Below are positions 58,471 through 64,000 of a stretch of DNA of 64,000 nt, piece by piece. The translations under genes were made by a program, and so were the position numbers. The DNA comes from Promethearchaeota archaeon (GTDB lineage: Archaea > Asgardarchaeota > Lokiarchaeia > Sigyniarchaeales > SOKP01): assembly GCA_019057795.1 (NCBI GenBank), contig JAHLWS010000053.1:1-64000 (forward strand), given 5' to 3'. Numbering within the stretch: the stretch's first letter is position 1; every line of letters starts with the position of its first letter. Below the pieces are notes generated by a model. It was given only the letters and a program-made list of their open reading frames with translations, was not told the origin of the DNA and made no database searches.

Positions 58471-58974
58471 CTATAATTGTATTGTTTGTTTTATTTTCTT
58501 CTCAATCTTCCCCTTAGAACTAAAGACAATTTCGTCCAATTTATATATCCTGTTGCAGTAAATGCATTGAATTTTAAGTGGTTTTTCTTCTAGAACCATG
58601 AATTCTGTTTCAATTGGTTCATTGGAATTAGAAATGCATGTTTTGTTCCGGCATAAAATTAATTTCTTAATTACTTCAGGGAGGTTTACCTTTTTCTTCT
58701 CAATAACCTTATATTCTTCAATTAAAGAGATATTCGCATTTGGAGAAAGTATAGAAATTTGTTGCATTTGTTTTTTGTTGAGAAAGACGCCTTCAATTTT
58801 TATAATATCTTTTCTTTGATACTTCTTAGACGAAACATTAACACCAATTGTAATAAGATTTGGAGATTCGTCAAGTCCCGTTAAATTCATAATAGTTAAC
58901 GCGTATCCGGCGTCAATATGGTCAATAACGGTTCCCTTCTTTAATCTGGCTATTTTTAATTTTTCTTCCAACAT
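58471..58974 (-). CDS. pyrI: Aspartate carbamoyltransferase regulatory chain
   Basis: GTVIDHI, KDIIKIE, CRNKTCIS and CIYC zinc ligands. Confidence 0.96.
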   Translation of the reverse strand: MLEEKLKIARLKKGTVIDHIDAGYALTIMNLTGLDESPNLITIGVNVSSKKYQRKDIIKIEGVFLNKKQMQQISILSPNANISLIEEYKVIEKKKVNLPEVIKKLILCRNKTCISNSNEPIETEFMVLEEKPLKIQCIYCNRIYKLDEIVFSSKGKIEKKIKQTIQL

Positions 58975-59039
58975 TTACTTAATTATTAAAAATTATTTAA
59001 TTGAAAAATTTTACTAAAAAAAATTATTACTTCAATTTC

Positions 59040-60131
59040 TTAAATTAATATTAATATCGATATAAAAAATAAAACTGTTGATACAATAAAATTATAAGAC
59101 AAGTTATCGTCAACCTCCAAATCCAAAAAATCTAAAAGTCCAATAATTACAGCTCCAACTAAGGGAATTAAAATTAAACTTACGGGTTTTAACATATATA
59201 CTTGTCTTAAAAGCAACAAAGTGATAACTCCAGAGACATAGGCAACGCTCATACCCGCAAATAAACCCTCATAAGTTTTTTTTGTATTTCGAATTTTCTT
59301 GCGTCCAAATTTTTTTCCGACTAAATTTGCAGTCATATCAGCAAAAATTGACATCGTCATTGAAGTGCAAATTACCAATGGACCTATAGGTTGAAACATC
59401 CCATATAAGATTATTATTGAAAAACAACCAATTCCCATGGATATATGTGGGCCCAATCTCATGTGTCGCTCTTTTTTTCTTAAAATTCGATTAACTGGCT
59501 TCAAAGGGTAGAGGTCTGGCCTTAAAATTCTAATAAAATCGGCAGATAACATACCAATTAAAGAGGCTCCAACTAAAAAAACTACCAAATATTGAGTAAA
59601 AATCATTTTATTAGCCTGTGTGTTATAGATGGAAAAGAAGATCTCTGAAATGATATTAGGGAAAAATTCTAAAACATATACAAATATGTTTTGAACTAGA
59701 AAACCTAAAGTGAAATAAAAAAAAACAATCCCTAAAACAACCAAATGAGTTAATTTTCTATAAAGCTCGTATTTAAATGGAAGAACCTCCGAGAATAAGG
59801 AGAAGTCTTCTTTCCAAGGTTTCTCTTTTAAATCTCTTTTAACAATTCGCTTTTCTCTATAAATCGAATAATAAAAAAGAGGAAGAAAAAATATGATGAA
59901 GGTTATCATAAAAATATCAAATGGAAATACTATAAAATCAATATTCGAAATGTGTAAAAAGTTGATTGTAATTAAATTGATTGTTATACTAATTATTAGT
60001 ATTAGAGAGTTTACCAAATTATTAATAAAGGCACCTCTTTCGCCTCTTTTCTTTGCTAAAAAGGCTATATATAATGAGATTACCCCATAAATGTATAAGG
60101 TGCCTGTAATAATAAATGATAAAATATTCAA
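59040..60131 (-). CDS. CTP-dependent polyprenol/diacylglycerol kinase family membrane protein
   Basis: RKLTH, ADMTANLVGKKFG, KKTYEG, DDNL. Confidence 0.85.
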   Translation of the reverse strand: MNILSFIITGTLYIYGVISLYIAFLAKKRGERGAFINNLVNSLILIISITINLITINFLHISNIDFIVFPFDIFMITFIIFFLPLFYYSIYREKRIVKRDLKEKPWKEDFSLFSEVLPFKYELYRKLTHLVVLGIVFFYFTLGFLVQNIFVYVLEFFPNIISEIFFSIYNTQANKMIFTQYLVVFLVGASLIGMLSADFIRILRPDLYPLKPVNRILRKKERHMRLGPHISMGIGCFSIIILYGMFQPIGPLVICTSMTMSIFADMTANLVGKKFGRKKIRNTKKTYEGLFAGMSVAYVSGVITLLLLRQVYMLKPVSLILIPLVGAVIIGLLDFLDLEVDDNLSYNFIVSTVLFFISILILI

Positions 60132-60242
60132 AAATCAACAATCTCCTTAAGTTTTCTTATAGATATTATCTGTGAAATATTAAAATCTTTATTAAAATTG
60201 AATTGATAAACAATTAAATTAAAAAAAAATTGAAAATTTGAC

Positions 60243-61643
60243 CTAAAAACGGGTTTCGTCAATATTGGGCATATCAAGTGCGGTTAAAGCTTTTTGAATT
60301 TCTTCGTACGGGAGCTCGTAATCTATTAAATTGCCAATCATGTATTCTTTGTATGCTAATAAATCGAAAAACCCATGACCACTTAGACAGAATACAATAT
60401 TCTTCTTTTCGTTGTTCTCTTTAGCCAATAAGGCTTGATCTATTGTTTCTTTTATAGCGTGAGCAGCTTCAGGTGCGGGTAATATGCCCTCTGTTTTAGC
60501 AAACATTAATCCTGACGCAATAACTTCAGTTTGATGGTGCATAACAGACGAGATTATCTTCTTACTTGATAAAATTGAAATTATCGGCGCCATTCCATGG
60601 TAACGTAAGCCTCATGCGTGAATTGGGCTAGGAATGAAATTGTGTCCGAGCGTATACATTTTTAAAATTGGAGCTTTTTTCGCCGAATCACCGTAATCCC
60701 ATCTATACTCTCCTTTATTAACGCTTGGACAGGCTCTTGGTTCTACCCCAACAATCTCTATATCAGGGTTTTTACCTTGGAGTTTGTCTCTAACGAAGGG
60801 TATTATTAATCCACCTAGATTAGAACCTCCACCCATACATCCTATTAATACATCAGGTTGAATATCAATTTTGTTAAGTTGAGCTTTCACCTCTTGTCCT
60901 ATTATCGTCTGATGTAATAGAACAAAATTTACAACGCTACCCAATGAATATCTTGCTTTATCACTTCTCATACTATGCTCTATTGCTTCAGATATAGCAA
61001 TTCCTAGGCTTCCAGGGTGATCTGGATCGTTTTCATAGTAATATTTTCCAGAATCCGTAAGGTTAGAGGGGCTTGCATGAACTTGTGCATTAAAAGCTCT
61101 CATTAATATTTTTCTTCCAGGTTTTTGCAAAAAACTAGCTCGTACCATATAAACCGTGCAATTTATATCGAATAAATTACACCCGTAGGACAAGGCTGAA
61201 CCCCATTGACCAGCGCCAGTTTCAGTTATCAACTCACTTACCCCATCTCTTTTAGAATAATAGGCTTGAGCTAAGGCTGTATTTGGTTTGTGTGAACCAG
61301 TTGGAGATACTGATTCGTTTTTAAAAAAAATTTTAATGTCATCGCCTACTATTCCAAGTTCTTTTTCTAAACCACAGGCTCTATGAAGAGGGGTGGGGCG
61401 GTATGATTTTGCAAAAAGCTCCCTTAATTCTTTCGGGATGGAGATTAATGGATCTTGAGAAATTTCTTGAAGTACACATTCTTTTGGAAATATTGCAAAA
61501 GCAAGTTCTGGAGGTGCAGGTTTTCCATCCATTGGATTTATTAAGGGCGTCATAGGAGCAGGTAAATCGGGTAAAATATTAACCCATTCCTTTGGTATTT
61601 CGTTTGGTTCGAGTAAAATTCTTATTTTATTAAAATCTATCAT
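60243..61643 (-). pseudogene. trpB2: Tryptophan synthase beta-like TrpB2 interrupted by one in-frame TGA (60612-60614)
   Basis: GSHKPNTA PLP lysine, ETGAGQWG, GGGSN; the junction reads PIHA*GLRYHGMAP, where the family has IHAGGLRYHG; both tracked ORFs share one frame. Confidence 0.85.
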
Positions 61644-61800
61644 ATCTTATTCCTTTTTAATATTATCTCATCATCTATTTTATATGATGTCTCATTTTAA
61701 GATTGGAGCCCAATTATAATAATGCCCAATTGCAAATGCAATTGAAATTTAAAATTCGATGTTTAGAAATAAAAAGAGCGCGAAGTATGGTTTATCCATT

Positions 61801-61823
61801 GAAAAAGCGTTTTCATGAACGCC
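61801..61823 (-). terminator. Hairpin plus U-tract overlapping the end of the leader ORF
   Basis: GGCGUU-CAUGAA-AACGCU followed by UUUUC. Confidence 0.5.
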
Positions 61824-61863
61824 AAGGCCACTGCCAACAAAAAAGAATATCTTTAGTAACCAT
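61813..61863 (-). CDS. Putative trp leader peptide MVTKDILFCWQWPWRS
   Basis: Three TGG codons within five codons, 170 nt upstream of trpB2 on the same strand; TTATATAA about 25 nt upstream of the ATG. Confidence 0.7.
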   Translation of the reverse strand: MVTKDILFCWQWPWRS

Positions 61864-61946
61864 AGATATAAACCATGCTTTTATATAATGATATTATTAT
61901 TGTCAGAAACTTATAAAGTTAATCCTCTGTGTTAAAAATGTATCTG

Positions 61947-62354
61947 TTATTTCCCTTCAAAAATATTTGCTAAATTTTTAGCTGCTACCCTCATTACTTT
62001 AACGGTCTTCATTAAAGTGTCAATAAGAGTTCCCGCACATACAATTACTAAACGTCCGGCATTACTGACGATAATGTAGCCATCTTCTGCCCTCACAATT
62101 ATTTCACTTAGCTCTTCTTGAAATAATGTTTTGATTGTTGAGCTTCCGGTCATCAGCAAAGCGCTCGCAAGCCCACAGAATTGATCTCCGTCAACTTTAT
62201 ATTGCGGAAGCGCCGAAAATGCGATCTGGTACCCTTCTACGCTTACGAGAGCAATGGCTTCTATGTCTGCGTTTGAAGTTATAAATGTAATTTGAGGGCT
62301 AATTTTTTCAATTTCTTCAGGTCCTATTCCTAATTCGCTTCCAAATTCGATAAT
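61947..62354 (-). CDS. Roadblock/LC7 (MglB-like) protein, probable ATT start
   Basis: Frame extends 65 codons upstream of the tracked TTG: IIEFGSELG...IEAIALVSVEGYQIAFSAL...ELSEIIVRAEDGYIIV; bounded by in-frame TGA at 62358-62360. Confidence 0.85.
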   Translation of the reverse strand: MIEFGSELGIGPEEIEKISPQITFITSNADIEAIALVSVEGYQIAFSALPQYKVDGDQFCGLASALLMTGSSTIKTLFQEELSEIIVRAEDGYIIVSNAGRLVIVCAGTLIDTLMKTVKVMRVAAKNLANIFEGK

Positions 62355-62603
62355 ACATCACATTCTGGGGTAATTTTTTAATTTATTTGAATTTAAAGAT
62401 TTTACAATATTTTTATTATAATTAATATAATGTTGATACTTTTTATTTTTTTATTTTTTGTTCCTCCTACTTTTAATAGAGTTACTATTTAAATCTTTTA
62501 TCTGAAGAAAACAAAATCCTTAAAAAAATAATTTCTATTGCTAAAAGTTAAAATAGATCATTATTATTCTATATAAAAATAAATTTGAAAAAAAAATGAA
62601 ATT

Positions 62604-64000
62604 ATGATAACTACAAGAGAATCAATAAATTATCAATTTTCTTTAATTTTTGGTTACTCTAGTCCAACAGATTTAATAGTTGGTGATGTAATTGGGCCGG
62701 GCAAGTTAACTAAAGAAAGGGTTAACGAACTAACGCAAGAGGTAATTAAATTCTTGCGTATGTATAACGCCATTCTAAGAGATTACTCAGGTTCAGAAGT
62801 TTTTAGTATTGAATTTGAGTTGTATAATTTTGACGAAAAAGATGCGATGGTTAATATTTATCCAAAATCTATGTTATTAATTCCTGGTAAGTTTAAAGAC
62901 TGTGAAAGTTTATTACTTGCTTTAAAACCGGAAACGGGATATTTAGATCCTCATAAATCAAGGAAATCTGTTAATCATATTAGTAGACTATTTTTTGAAG
63001 TGGAAGAGTTTACGAGTCGTCCCGAATTGGGAACTAGTGATAAAACCCAAGTCCTTAAAAAATTTGCGACGCGTTTTAGCAAAAAACTTTATGGAGAGTT
63101 AATTGAAGATAAATGGAATAAAAAATTAATTGGTTTAAGCGTTTCTCTTCCAACAGAGAAAGAAATGTTAATTACTTATGCTGCGATAAAATCTGACACC
63201 AATTTTCTATGGAATAAAAGACCTATTGAAATGATATTTTCAAATCATAAATATGAGCGCCTTAAATCTCCATTTACTGGCAAATCGATAATTGATCATC
63301 TTAAATACACAATATCTGAGCCTAGTGCTAATTTTATAATAGAAAAAACCTTAAACTTAGGGACTAATCTCATAAAATTAGCAAATACTGGGACTATAGA
63401 TGAAATACAAGATAAGTTAATCTCTTTTCTTATCGTAAAAATCAAAGAAAAACTAGAGAATGTTAAAGAATTACATTCTGGAGATTGGGTAATTTCTAAT
63501 ATTGAGATCATAATCAAAGAATTGGAGTTAAAGGTTGACAATTTTTTAAAACACTCTAATAATTTTCTAACTACTGGGGAGACTGGAGGTTTACTCGAAC
63601 TTTTGGATAAATATAACAAATATATTATTGGTATTGCTGGAGATAACCTCAATATTTTTAAAGAACTTAGTCAATTTGCAACTGAATCTATTAAGTTATC
63701 AATTAGTAGAGGAGAAAAATTTAGAGCCATAGAATTAAGCTCTGTAATCAATTATTTTGCTGAAGTTATTAAGAATAGTTTTATGTTAATAAGAGAGTCG
63801 TTTCCTCAATATCTTTCAAGACGTAGACTAAAAACCTTGACTCATTATTTTATTGGTAATTTAAACGAAAAATTCAATAAAGAACAGAAACCTTCGAAAA
63901 CTTTAGGTCAAAATATATTAACTAAATTTGAACAATATTTAATAAGCCAAATAGAAATAAGTCCAAGCGTATTGTCAAAAGTAAATAAATTTAATGAAGA
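62604..64000 (+). CDS. Large hypothetical protein, truncated by the window end
   Basis: ATG at 62604, MITTRESINYQFSLIFGYSSPTDLIVGDVIGPGK...; appears open to the window end (absent from the track, which needs a stop). Confidence 0.75.
   Translation, partial: MITTRESINYQFSLIFGYSSPTDLIVGDVIGPGKLTKERVNELTQEVIKFLRMYNAILRDYSGSEVFSIEFELYNFDEKDAMVNIYPKSMLLIPGKFKDCESLLLALKPETGYLDPHKSRKSVNHISRLFFEVEEFTSRPELGTSDKTQVLKKFATRFSKKLYGELIEDKWNKKLIGLSVSLPTEKEMLITYAAIKSDTNFLWNKRPIEMIFSNHKYERLKSPFTGKSIIDHLKYTISEPSANFIIEKTLNLGTNLIKLANTGTIDEIQDKLISFLIVKIKEKLENVKELHSGDWVISNIEIIIKELELKVDNFLKHSNNFLTTGETGGLLELLDKYNKYIIGIAGDNLNIFKELSQFATESIKLSISRGEKFRAIELSSVINYFAEVIKNSFMLIRESFPQYLSRRRLKTLTHYFIGNLNEKFNKEQKPSKTLGQNILTKFEQYLISQIEISPSVLSKVNKFNE

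Noticed and set aside
60612-60614. Selenocysteine or genome-wide TGA=Gly/Trp recoding
   Set aside because: The aligned residue is Gly, not Cys; no SECIS-like structure is evident; TGA is a normal stop in other genes of the window
61703-61888. Plus-strand 61-aa ORF from the track
   Set aside because: No recognisable motif; antisense to the better-supported Trp leader region
2224-63652. Numerous short antisense or nested ORFs in the track (e.g. 5538-5909, 14017-14340, 25795-26274, 38993-39364, 63296-63652)
   Set aside because: Shadow frames of well-supported genes, with Ser/Ile/Phe-rich composition typical of antisense AT-rich coding DNA

Overview
AT-rich archaeal chromosome segment, most likely from an Asgard archaeon (Lokiarchaeia-like). 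The basis is archaeal information-processing genes (mcm, GINS23, top6AB, smc-scpAB, Orc1/Cdc6-like, rpl15e, RNase P proteins, valS, RqcH/NFACT, tRNA-Ala) plus eukaryotic-signature proteins (Rab-like GTPase, roadblock, NPRL2/FLCN-like longin, EMC6/OPTI-like, membrane-anchored HEAT solenoid). The best candidate for an undescribed system lies below the ORF-track cutoff. Three 9-codon genes (MAGQTDPTP, MPGEADAVP, MPHAGDAVP; consensus M-x4-D-x2-P-stop) each have an SD-like site and a terminator-like 3' region. They lie at two loci about 14 kb apart, each time right at the 3' end of one of two paralogous HEGYPGHH (DUF885-like) metallopeptidase-like genes. Second, a Trp-rich leader ORF (MVTKDILFCWQWPWRS) with a hairpin and U-tract precedes trpB2, which itself carries an in-frame TGA. 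Also notable: an SMC with no canonical hinge, a SAP/Rho-N-like motif shared by ScpA and an enlarged Top6B, probable ATT start codons, and a UvrD-like relic. No CRISPR array, rRNA or transposase was seen. All family calls come from motif recognition, not database searches.
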